In this document: one piece after another, positions 8,112-16,100 of the stretch
Layout: every line of letters starts with the position of its first letter
Position numbering within the stretch: position 1 is the first letter of the stretch
Source of the DNA: Terriglobia bacterium
GTDB taxonomy: Bacteria; Acidobacteriota; Terriglobia; Bryobacterales; Bryobacteraceae
Length of the DNA stretch: 40,000 nt
Direction of reading: 5' to 3'
NCBI GenBank assembly: GCA_963842825.1
Contig: CAWJHX010000009.1
Span: 532,520-572,519, forward strand
Position numbers and translations under genes: made by a program
The notes under the pieces: generated by a model
What the model was told of the DNA's origin: nothing
The model's database searches: none
Seen by the model: the letters and a program-made list of their open reading frames with translations, nothing else

Positions 8112-8624
8112 ATGCCAATTGACGCCTGCACCAGTACTTTCGCAGAGATGGCCGCGAGCATCCTGCCGGGTGATATGGCGAGGCTCCGGGCGGCTCTAGC
8201 TACACCGGTTCCAATGTCTTCGTTTTGTGAACATGGGTTCGGCGTCAAATCCATCGTTGCAAAGTTGCGACGAAGTACAGATTTTTCAGGGTGCTATGTG
8301 CTGCTGCGGGAAGGAAAGCCGTTCTACGTTGGCATTTCACGAACCGTGGTTCAACGACTTCGCCAACATGTGACAGGAAAAACCCATTTCGACGCAAGTC
8401 TTGCCTACCTAATGGCGACCGATAAAACAGGCCACAAAATGAAACGGGCCGATGCCATGCTAGACCCTGTCTTCCGCACGGCCTTCGATCAAGCCAAGGC
8501 GCTGCTTCGAGATTGCAGTGCCGCGTTTATCGACATCGAAAACCCTCTCGAACTCTACCTGTTTGAAGCCTACTGCGCGATGGAGTTGGACACCTGCGAG
8601 TGGAACACGTTTCGGACCCATTGA
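8112..8624 (+). CDS. GIY-YIG nuclease superfamily-like protein (casposon cargo)
   Basis: GCYVLLREGKPFYVGISRTVVQRLRQH matches the GIY...YVG...R...H pattern. A downstream conserved Glu is plausible in LELYLFEAYCAMEL. The true start is uncertain, since several in-frame Met codons lie downstream of 8112. Confidence 0.5.
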   Translation: MPIDACTSTFAEMAASILPGDMARLRAALATPVPMSSFCEHGFGVKSIVAKLRRSTDFSGCYVLLREGKPFYVGISRTVVQRLRQHVTGKTHFDASLAYLMATDKTGHKMKRADAMLDPVFRTAFDQAKALLRDCSAAFIDIENPLELYLFEAYCAMELDTCEWNTFRTH

Positions 8625-8770
8625 TCGGCACTGGTTGCGCAAAGGACCCTTTGTGAGACACAACAAATTAGGTGGAGGACTTCGGAATCTGACTTAATCG
8701 ATAATCAAAGCATTCTCGAACAACCGCTAAATCCACCGCACAACTGTCACGCGGGGGAAGGAGTGAATTT

Positions 8771-9574
8771 ATGGGGGATGAGCGACTGCCTACACCAACA
8801 ACGCCGGTCGACCCCATTGCGGATGACGACCCCGTAAAGCTGCATCTTGAGGAGCGCGCTCAGCTCATCGACGCGGCCAGAGAGAACGCGCGAACGTTCG
8901 ACAAGGCTGTACTGACATTTGGCTCAGCCGTTTTCGGCTTCTCTATCGCATTCCTAAAGGATGTAGCCCCTCATCCTGCGCCCGGCACTCTGTGGTGGTT
9001 GGGTGGCGCATGGGCATCTTTCTCATTCGGTTTACTCAGCATACTTACGTCATTTCTCTGTGGCCAACAAGCTTTTCAGTTTGAAATTACCGAAAGTACC
9101 AACGCTCTGGCCCCAGGGTATCAGCGCAAAAAGAATCGCTGGAGTACGGCGGCCCAGTGCGGCAATGTTCTTTGCGTTGTGTTTCTCTTCTTTGGATTGC
9201 TGTGTTGGTCAAAGTTTGCATTTGATAACCTTAGCCGTGTAGACACCACGGCGACTACGGTTCAGACCCCGGTGGGAAAAGAGGGGCCAAAGGAAGGCGC
9301 ATTGAAACCTACGAAAGATACTTCAGACACTTTACCACTCAAAAAAACGTACACACCACCCCGAACACCGCCACCGCCTAACAGGCTGTTGAAGAATATT
9401 GGCGAGCTGAGCAGGAGAGCGTTCTTAGGGGCGAAGAAAGAGTTTCCGAGGGCGTGGGCAGGGGTTTCAGCGCCTGAGGAAGAGCCTCAGGCGGCGGCCT
9501 GGCGGCCTTTTACGCAGCCGCTTCCATCAGATTACGGATTCGGATCATATTATAGGCAGCGGCGGCGAAGGTGA
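8771..9574 (+). CDS. Membrane protein with proline-rich C-terminal tail; 3' end interrupted by IS insertion at 9381/9382 (reading frame continues into the IS)
   Basis: GGAAGGAG RBS upstream of the ATG at 8771. Predicted TM segments: VLTFGSAVFGFSIAFL, WWLGGAWASFSFGLLSILTSFL and NVLCVVFLFFGLLCW. From 9382 onward the translated sequence (NRLLKNIGELS...) is IS-derived. Removing the IS and one CTAA copy restores ...TYTPPRTPPPPKRNPPPPPSQKP*, ending at 10691. Confidence 0.6.
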   Translation: MGDERLPTPTTPVDPIADDDPVKLHLEERAQLIDAARENARTFDKAVLTFGSAVFGFSIAFLKDVAPHPAPGTLWWLGGAWASFSFGLLSILTSFLCGQQAFQFEITESTNALAPGYQRKKNRWSTAAQCGNVLCVVFLFFGLLCWSKFAFDNLSRVDTTATTVQTPVGKEGPKEGALKPTKDTSDTLPLKKTYTPPRTPPPPNRLLKNIGELSRRAFLGAKKEFPRAWAGVSAPEEEPQAAAWRPFTQPLPSDYGFGSYYRQRRRR

Positions 9575-10647
9575 ACATCCAAGCGACTCTGTCGCGGCCT
9601 CGATGCCTGGTCTTGCGAAGCCCCGCCGTGGTCTTGATCCAGCCGAATACCTGTTCGACTAACTTACGCTTCTTCTGACTCGCCCGATATCCATCGTGCC
9701 GCGTGGTGCGGACATCGATGCGGCTCCGCCGCCGGGTGTTGTTCTGCGCGATGTGCGGAGTTACGGCCCACTGTCGCAGACCTTCTACAAACGCACTGGT
9801 GTCATAACCCTTGTCCGCGCCCAACGTCACGCGCCGCCGATGGCCCGGAAGCCGAGCCGCCATCACCAGCGCCGCATCCCGCTCGGCTCGTCCGTTTGCT
9901 TCGGTGAGTTCGGCATCCACCGCCAGGCCATGCCGATTGTCGATGATCACATGACCGAGATACGCCATCTGCGCTTCCTTTCCGCTGCTCTTGCGATAGA
10001 GCTTCGCTTCCGGATCGGTGGTCGATTGATGCGTATCGTTGCGGCGTTTCTGTCCGCGGAATCCGCCCTCGCCATTCGTGTCGTCATCCGAGCCACCGTC
10101 TTTCGGACGGAAGCTCTTGTGCGATGCCCAGGCCTCGATCAGCGTGCCATCGACCGTGAAGTGTTCGTTGGAGAGCAACCGTAACGCGCGGGCTTGTTCC
10201 ACCACGCAAGAGAATAGTTCCTGCGCCACATCGCCCGCCAGCAGCCGTTCGCGATTCTTCGAAAACACCGCATGATTCCATGCCGGCTCGGTCATGTTCA
10301 ATCCCACGAACCACCGGAACAACAGGTTGTATTCCAGTTGCTCGACCAGCATTCGCTCGCTGCGAATCGAGTACAACGCCTGCAGCAACAGGGCGCGCAG
10401 TAATCTTTCCGGTGCAATCGAGGGACGTCCCGCTTTCGCGTACATCTCATCAAAGCGCCTCGACATCGATTCCAGCGCCGCATCCACCATGGCCCGCAGC
10501 GGACGCAACGGATGCTCTTGCGGCACCCGCTCCTCCAGCGTCCCGTATAGAAATAGCTCGTTATCTTGCCGATCGTCTCCGCGCATGATTGTAGGGCGTC
10601 GCCACTTTCCTTCAGGTCACAGCGATAAAGTGTTTTTCAACATTCTG
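9382..10647 (-). mobile_element. IS5-family insertion sequence nested in the casposon
   Basis: Single DDE transposase ORF. Imperfect terminal IRs: CAGGCTGTTGAAGAATA (left) versus CAGAATGTTGAAAAACA (reverse complement of the right end), 13/17 identical. Flanked by a 4-bp direct repeat CTAA (9378..9381 and 10648..10651), which matches the YTAR target duplication known for IS5-group elements. Confidence 0.75.
9510..10586 (-). CDS. IS5-family DDE transposase (InsH-like N-terminal DUF772 domain + DDE_Tnp_1)
   Basis: The sequence HPLRPLRAMVDAALESMSRRFDEMYAKAGRPSIAPERLLRALLLQALYSIRSERMLVEQLEYNLLFRWFVGL is a textbook IS5/IS1182-type transposase N-terminus. The C-terminal DDE region includes ...LGADKGYDT... 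and ...VEQVFGWIK. Confidence 0.9.
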   Translation of the reverse strand: MRGDDRQDNELFLYGTLEERVPQEHPLRPLRAMVDAALESMSRRFDEMYAKAGRPSIAPERLLRALLLQALYSIRSERMLVEQLEYNLLFRWFVGLNMTEPAWNHAVFSKNRERLLAGDVAQELFSCVVEQARALRLLSNEHFTVDGTLIEAWASHKSFRPKDGGSDDDTNGEGGFRGQKRRNDTHQSTTDPEAKLYRKSSGKEAQMAYLGHVIIDNRHGLAVDAELTEANGRAERDAALVMAARLPGHRRRVTLGADKGYDTSAFVEGLRQWAVTPHIAQNNTRRRSRIDVRTTRHDGYRASQKKRKLVEQVFGWIKTTAGLRKTRHRGRDRVAWMFTFAAAAYNMIRIRNLMEAAA

Positions 10648-10726
10648 CTAAACGCAATCCACCGCCACCACCACCTTCCCAAAAGCCGTAAGGTAGAAAC
10701 AGCACTCAAGGGCGAAACACACTCTT

Positions 10727-10859
10727 ATGAAAACCACGAACGATACCCCTGGCAAGTTGCCGCTAAAAGAGACCTACACGCCGCCACGGACGCCGCCACC
10801 ATCACCGAGACGGGCTCCTCCTACTCCTCCTCCCCCACCGCCACCATCTAAGAAAACTT
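10727..10859 (+). CDS. Small proline-rich ORF paralogous to the C-terminal tail of the 8771 gene
   Basis: Manual translation (below the track size cutoff): MKTTNDTPGKLPLKETYTPPRTPPPSPRRAPPTPPPPPPPSKKT*. It shares LPLK(K/E)TYTPPRTPPP with the 8771 product, but with many synonymous nucleotide differences. Coding status is uncertain. Confidence 0.3.
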
Positions 10860-11150
10860 AGTCGGTCACCTCGATGAACGGTCGAGGAAAACTCGCGGCA
10901 CGGCTCCGCCGCGAAAAACGGGCGAGCGAAGGACTCCTTTATGGAATGCGAGGATGTTGCGTGAGGAGCGTGGCGGCTCGGACGCGGCGAAGCTGGGCGG
11001 CTCAACGCCTTCTAAACGACTAGACTACTACATAAGAGCCTCGGACGATCGACAGCCAACGACGGGCGTTTCGCAAGGATAAGTTGAAACCTCGCCGGAA
11101 GACCAAGAAGCAAGCCCCCGCCCTGAGATTCAGGTAGCGATGTGAGGCAA

Positions 11151-14084
11151 TCATCTGTGAATGCCTTCCAACAAATTCCAGCGCCGAATTCCGCCTTTCG
11201 CGTCGCCAGAGATGGCGCTGTGTTGATCGGGACACCAGTCAACATCGCGTACATCAGCAGTATGGCCTTCTAAGATCCGAAGGCACTGCCGCGTCTCGAC
11301 GTCCCATTGCCGCACAGTGTTGTCTGCGGAGCCGGAGAGAGCGTGGCGACCGTCGGCAGCCCACGCCAGCGTCACTACATACTCAATGTGACCTTCGAAG
11401 GTGCGCAAGCATTGTTCCGTTTCAACATCCCAAAGCCGCAAAGAGCCGTCCTCAGAACTGGAAAGAAAGCGGGATTGATCCGGACTCCACTTCACACAAT
11501 ACACGGGAGAGTCATGGCCTCTGAAAATTCGCAGGCATTGGTGCGTCTCGACGTCCCATAGCCGCACGGTGTTGTCTTCGGAGCTAGAGAGTACGCGAGA
11601 CTGATCCGCATTCCATTCCGCGCTCGTAACTGTGTCAGTGTGTCCTTCAAGAACCCCAACGCAGCTTCCCATCTCAACGTTCCAAAGTCGCACGCTGTGG
11701 TCACAAGAGCCGGAACAGGCGTAGCGCTGATCACGGCTCCAAGCGACACTCCAGACTTGTTCTGTATGACCTTCGAGAATGCGCAAGCATAGACCCGTAT
11801 TGACGTCCCATAGCCTTACGGTATGATCATCAGCCGCAGACAACGCGGAACATCGGTCGTTGCTCCAGGCAACACATTCAACAGGTTTTGTATGCCCTTC
11901 GAATAGACGTAGGCAGTGCCCTGTTTCCAAGTCCCATAGCCGCACGGTCTTGTCCCGACCTCCCGTTAGAGCCCGTCTTGAATCCGGGCTGAATGCGTAG
12001 CAATAGAAGGGGCCCTTATCCGCGAGTTGGATGGCTTTGTTGATAAGCCCTTCCGGTGCCGTCGATGGTTCGAATGTCGTTGAGCGCTGAGTGGGGTCTT
12101 CGGCAACTGACTCGCGGCTGGCCCCCCACTTGTCGTGAGTGGTAGCGCCGAAGGAGAGCCGATTTTGAGTTCTTATGAACGTGAGCCGAGCCGAGCTTCG
12201 AAACCACCATTGACCGTCGGCATCCCTATACGTGACGCTGACGGTAATGCAATAATCTGGACCTCCATATATTCCACCGCCACCAGACTTCGAATCAGCT
12301 TCGGCGAAAGCCGCTGGCAGGTTCCATTTTTGCCCCGCTATCGCAAGCCCCGAATAACCTTCCAGCCACACCAAGGCAAATCCGGCCCTGCCTTTATCGA
12401 TCCGTGCAATTGTCTCGGCAGCGGCTCTCACCGATGGCGCAATCTCAAATCCCTCTATCGTTACGTCGTACGCCACTGTGCCATCGTTCACCAGATAAAA
12501 CCCGGCTTGGCCCGAACGTATTGGCACAGGGTGTTCCTCTGGGATTTCACCCCACTCGCGAAAGACAATTCGAGGACGCTTAGAAGGCGGGCGTGATCGG
12601 TTTTCTGTTGGATGATTGGATAAGAAATTGACTTGAGACGCCCCGCGCGGACGAAAGATTCCTTGGGGCAGAGCTCGCAAGAGCGCAAAAAATAGAGAAG
12701 CAGCTGTATTGCAAGCATAGTTTGTCCATGCTGGGTCTCTCCTGAACCCTACGACATCGCTAATGCCACGAATAGCTAGGATTGGGTATTCCTTATCCAT
12801 CCGCCGCGCTGCGGCGTAGACGCCCGAAAGCTCCATCTCAACAGCCACCAGATCACGTGCCGCTTGGCTCCACTGTTGGATGGTTACAGTATCTTTGATG
12901 AGGTGGCCGCTGGACGCGATCGAGCGAGCGGTTACAATCGGGTGTTCCCGCCTAGCCATCGATCCGAAGCGGGCATTGAGGGCTTCCTGAACTTTCTGCT
13001 TCCACTCCTTGGAACCGTAAAACCTATCGGGACTTGTATCAACGTCCGGACGCGGGAGTTGAATATGAGCTTCCGTGTTCCAATCCTCTAATGGCAAGGC
13101 ACGGAACGAAGCGATGAGGTCTTGTACCGCCTTGTTCATCGGGCCGCCTTGGTTGGCTAACTCCGGGTTTGTGCCTTCTATAAGCGCACTAACCGTAAAA
13201 TCGTGCAATCGATTTGCTACGACGACATCTCCCAATGTGAATTCAGTGTTTGGGATAGCGCCGCCAATACCGACGAGGGCCAGCCAGTGTGGGCTTAGGT
13301 CCTCGATGATATCGCGGGCTGCATCCTGCCCCGCATTGGGACCCTGTTCGATGGCTCGCAGGACAGCGACACGGTAGGAATCGCCGTTCTGACTAGATAC
13401 CGTTCCAATGACATATGTCCGGTGTTTAAGTCTGATGACGTTTTGTTCTGGTAGGCGACTCAAGACAGCATCGTATTCATCCTCTCGAACCGTGATGACC
13501 GCAATGTCTATTGGCGTTGGCTTGCCATACGCACCGCCAGTGTCATCACTTGGATGGCCCGGACGAACATAGAATTTGGAGGAGGGTTCACGCAAGGTCT
13601 CTTCGTTCGACTCACCCGCGTTGAATGAAGGCGTATTTTGGGCGGAAGAACTGATTGAGGGTGCCGGTATTAGACGTTTATAACCTTCGCCAATCCAGTG
13701 ACCGATCCGCTGTTGAATGACATGAAACTGCTGATCCCCCGGCATCGGTTGAAGTATTTCCGGTGGACATCCGAGGTAGTCTTGCCAAGCTTGGCGCCCG
13801 AGTGCGTTTGCCAGCGTCATGAATGCCTCTTGAGACTCCATGTTTCCTACGAGCTCAAGATAAGCTGTGGCGCGAATGTCGAGCTGGCGTAACACCACTT
13901 CGAGTCGAGCTGGAGTTGCCCACCGCTTTTCCTCCTCGGTGAGACTATCCACAAGCTGATTGGTGTCATTGATTATTCGAACCTGGGCAGCAGGAAACCC
14001 TGGATTGCGCTTTAGAATGTTCTCTGCTCTTTCTATAGCTTGCTGACGGGCGCGAGCGGCACGCCTCTCATGTCGCGTCATCAT
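11151..14084 (-). CDS. Multidomain protein: N-terminal helical region + PNP_UDP_1 nucleoside phosphorylase/nucleosidase-like domain + beta-rich linker + 7-bladed WD40 propeller (candidate conflict/defence effector; casposon cargo)
   Basis: Phosphorylase-superfamily signatures: ALVGIGGAIP, VAVEMELSGVYAAARR and ILAIRGISDVVG (about aa 195-470). Seven very regular ~42-aa WD40 units (GHTxxVxxVAWSxDxxxxLSxSxDxTVRLWDVETGQCLRxxE) span about aa 690-977. I found no Walker A/P-loop between them. Confidence 0.8.
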   Translation of the reverse strand: MMTRHERRAARARQQAIERAENILKRNPGFPAAQVRIINDTNQLVDSLTEEEKRWATPARLEVVLRQLDIRATAYLELVGNMESQEAFMTLANALGRQAWQDYLGCPPEILQPMPGDQQFHVIQQRIGHWIGEGYKRLIPAPSISSSAQNTPSFNAGESNEETLREPSSKFYVRPGHPSDDTGGAYGKPTPIDIAVITVREDEYDAVLSRLPEQNVIRLKHRTYVIGTVSSQNGDSYRVAVLRAIEQGPNAGQDAARDIIEDLSPHWLALVGIGGAIPNTEFTLGDVVVANRLHDFTVSALIEGTNPELANQGGPMNKAVQDLIASFRALPLEDWNTEAHIQLPRPDVDTSPDRFYGSKEWKQKVQEALNARFGSMARREHPIVTARSIASSGHLIKDTVTIQQWSQAARDLVAVEMELSGVYAAARRMDKEYPILAIRGISDVVGFRRDPAWTNYACNTAASLFFALLRALPQGIFRPRGASQVNFLSNHPTENRSRPPSKRPRIVFREWGEIPEEHPVPIRSGQAGFYLVNDGTVAYDVTIEGFEIAPSVRAAAETIARIDKGRAGFALVWLEGYSGLAIAGQKWNLPAAFAEADSKSGGGGIYGGPDYCITVSVTYRDADGQWWFRSSARLTFIRTQNRLSFGATTHDKWGASRESVAEDPTQRSTTFEPSTAPEGLINKAIQLADKGPFYCYAFSPDSRRALTGGRDKTVRLWDLETGHCLRLFEGHTKPVECVAWSNDRCSALSAADDHTVRLWDVNTGLCLRILEGHTEQVWSVAWSRDQRYACSGSCDHSVRLWNVEMGSCVGVLEGHTDTVTSAEWNADQSRVLSSSEDNTVRLWDVETHQCLRIFRGHDSPVYCVKWSPDQSRFLSSSEDGSLRLWDVETEQCLRTFEGHIEYVVTLAWAADGRHALSGSADNTVRQWDVETRQCLRILEGHTADVRDVDWCPDQHSAISGDAKGGIRRWNLLEGIHR

Positions 14085-14383
14085 TCCTCTTTTGTCAGAA
14101 CGAGAGGGTTACGACGGTGTCTGAAGATTCGCACCGAAACACTCTCGTGTGTCACACCTTTCAGCTAGGAAACTATTTTAGCGATTTGGCTATCTTTGAG
14201 CACAGCGAAGCCGGAGCCGCTGGAGCAAGCCGATGGCTGGTTTGCCCAAAACATTTCCACGGGCCCCCGGCGCATTTCCTCTCCGGATGGCATTCGTAGC
14301 CACACTTCCGTACGAAGATGACCAAAAAGCAATCTGAGTCTCCATTTAAATTGCGGGAAACATCGCGGTCTTCGACCAGTGAA

Positions 14384-16000
14384 TTATCGAATAACCTCCC
14401 GTTCAACTGGTGCGGGCTCCATTTCCGGATATCTTAAGATTCCGGTCAGTTCCGCCAGCTTCACCCAATGCCTCGGATGCGGAATTCGCTTGCCATTGCG
14501 AACGTTCGCAGCGTACGGCAGAGAAACGCCGAGCACCGATGCGATAGACGACCTCGTAACCGTCGCAAGCAATGGCACGATCTTGGCCCTATAAACATCT
14601 TCGTTCAACCAGGTGGGCAAGCTGGCCGCGTCCCAGTTCTTGGCAGCAGCAACATTCTTGCGCAGAGTAGCAGCGCGCCGGCTTTGAGCATCCGAAGAAT
14701 GTGCAACTGAGCGACCTTTCACGGCTGCAACTTTCATATGCTCTGTTGCGACGATCATCCCGCATGACTTGCAGTGTTCCGTTCCCCGGCGCGTTGTCTT
14801 TCCGCAAATGCGGCAAACGCCGTCCGGAAAGATTGGCCTAATCGAGGCATCGTCGAAACTGCTACCTTTCACGATCCGCTTCTGTTCTTGAGTCAGGCGT
14901 GTTGGTGTGGACCTGTAGCGCGCGTGTTTCGGACCTTTTGACCACAATGCCCGCGCCACATATTCCGCCAGCGGAGCTATTGCGCGACGCCACGTTTGTG
15001 CGGTTTCCGAAAGTAGCGCCGCGAGCGGTGCCATCAGGCGGCAGTTCCCATCGCTCTGCTCGAAAAACCATTCCCGCCTGAGCGGTTCGCGAGCGATCCA
15101 GTTCAACACGAAAGCGTCAACCTGAGGGCGAACCGGCTCCATCAGATCTGCAGGCAGACTATCGCGATGGGTAGCGTCCGCGTGCATAAAGCCAAGGCAC
15201 GGATCGAGACCTAGCATTGCCGTGGCGAGGCGGGCCTCGGCCTCCAGGATTGCGTAAAGGTAGTTCAGCATCGCATTGGCGGGATTCGATGCAAGTCGCG
15301 GTGATCCGGAAAGCGGAGATCTGCGGGCGCGAAACGTCCTCCAGTGATCCGGCATGCATTGCAAGTCCCTCTGCGGAAATTGAATCTGCACGTCTCGCCA
15401 CGCTCCCCAATATGCCGCGCCTGCTTGGGATTCAAGCAAACGGATCGAATCGAAAGCGCTCAGCGACGGAATCTCTGAACGAAGGCGGGCGATTGCATCT
15501 GCCGCGACCGGATTTCGAAGGTGTGAGCGCGCGATCTCTTCCTGACCTAGGAGTTTCCTGGTAATCAAATCGCGCGTGATTTGAATTCCGATGCCAGATT
15601 GCCGCGCGAGCGCCTGGGCGCGCCTGAGGTGGACTTCGGATTTCCGAACCGGCCCTGTAACGGTCAGAATCTTACCATCCCTTTCTAGCATGACGAACGC
15701 CGCGTTTTGATCCGCAAGCCAGCGCAACGCGGCCAGCGAAACCATTCCATCGTGACCAATGACCACGAGCCTTTCGAGCCCGTGAGCGACGCGCGGTAAT
15801 CGGGCGTAGCGACGATCAGCCGCGATGCCATCTTCCAGAATCAAATGGCCACTATCGACACGGACTTGAATTCCGTAGCCGAAAAGCGTTATGACGCCGT
15901 GGCGGGGTGTGATTGCTAATTGGGGATTTGCGGCCAGAATTTCTGGCACGTTGGATTTGCGCAGGCGTAGCCGATGCGCTACGGTTTTCGTAGCTGCCAT
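14384..16000 (-). CDS. cas1: Cas1-family integrase (casposase) with C-terminal zinc ribbon and HTH extension
   Basis: Cas1 N-terminal beta domain: GVITLFGYGIQVRVDSGHLILEDG...LERLVVIGHDGMVSLAALRWLADQNAAFVMLERDGKIL. Catalytic alpha domain: SNPANAMLNYLYAILEAEARLATAMLGLDPCLGFMHADATHRDSLPADLMEPVRPQVD (Glu / His / Asp-Glu triad context). C-terminal CRICGKTTRRGTEHCKSCG and an HTH-like SSIASVLGVSLPYAANVRNGKRIPHPRHW. GGAGGG RBS upstream of the ATG at 16000. No cas2 gene or repeat array in the window. Confidence 0.9.
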   Translation of the reverse strand: MAATKTVAHRLRLRKSNVPEILAANPQLAITPRHGVITLFGYGIQVRVDSGHLILEDGIAADRRYARLPRVAHGLERLVVIGHDGMVSLAALRWLADQNAAFVMLERDGKILTVTGPVRKSEVHLRRAQALARQSGIGIQITRDLITRKLLGQEEIARSHLRNPVAADAIARLRSEIPSLSAFDSIRLLESQAGAAYWGAWRDVQIQFPQRDLQCMPDHWRTFRARRSPLSGSPRLASNPANAMLNYLYAILEAEARLATAMLGLDPCLGFMHADATHRDSLPADLMEPVRPQVDAFVLNWIAREPLRREWFFEQSDGNCRLMAPLAALLSETAQTWRRAIAPLAEYVARALWSKGPKHARYRSTPTRLTQEQKRIVKGSSFDDASIRPIFPDGVCRICGKTTRRGTEHCKSCGMIVATEHMKVAAVKGRSVAHSSDAQSRRAATLRKNVAAAKNWDAASLPTWLNEDVYRAKIVPLLATVTRSSIASVLGVSLPYAANVRNGKRIPHPRHWVKLAELTGILRYPEMEPAPVEREVIR

Positions 16001-16100
16001 GGGAGTTTTACCCTCCTTTGGTTGTCAGGGCTCGCCGCCTGCTCGCAACAGACAGCAGGCCCGAACTACTTGTAATATCTATAACTTAGAATACCGCAAA

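Noticed and set aside
7738-8118. ORF 7738..8118(-) and ORF 24637..24927(+) share the peptide GCGFK(T/P)LYLLT, which could suggest homologous small proteins.
   Set aside because: The shared peptide is simply the translation of the 36-bp TIR. Both ORFs are Arg/Pro/Ser-rich with no other similarity and are treated as non-coding.
11151-14084. Looked for a STAND/NACHT/AAA P-loop (GxxxxGK[ST]) in the 977-aa PNP-WD40 protein, to call it an NLR/Avs-like protein.
   Set aside because: No Walker A motif was found by eye anywhere in the protein, so it is not called a STAND NTPase. A divergent NTPase cannot be excluded without profile searches.
14085-14406. Small ORFs 14117..14299(+) and 14173..14406(-) in the gap between cas1 and the PNP-WD40 gene, as possible Cas2-like or antitoxin genes.
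   Set aside because: They have no RBS and no recognisable motifs, they overlap each other and the cas1 3' end, and their composition is not convincing.
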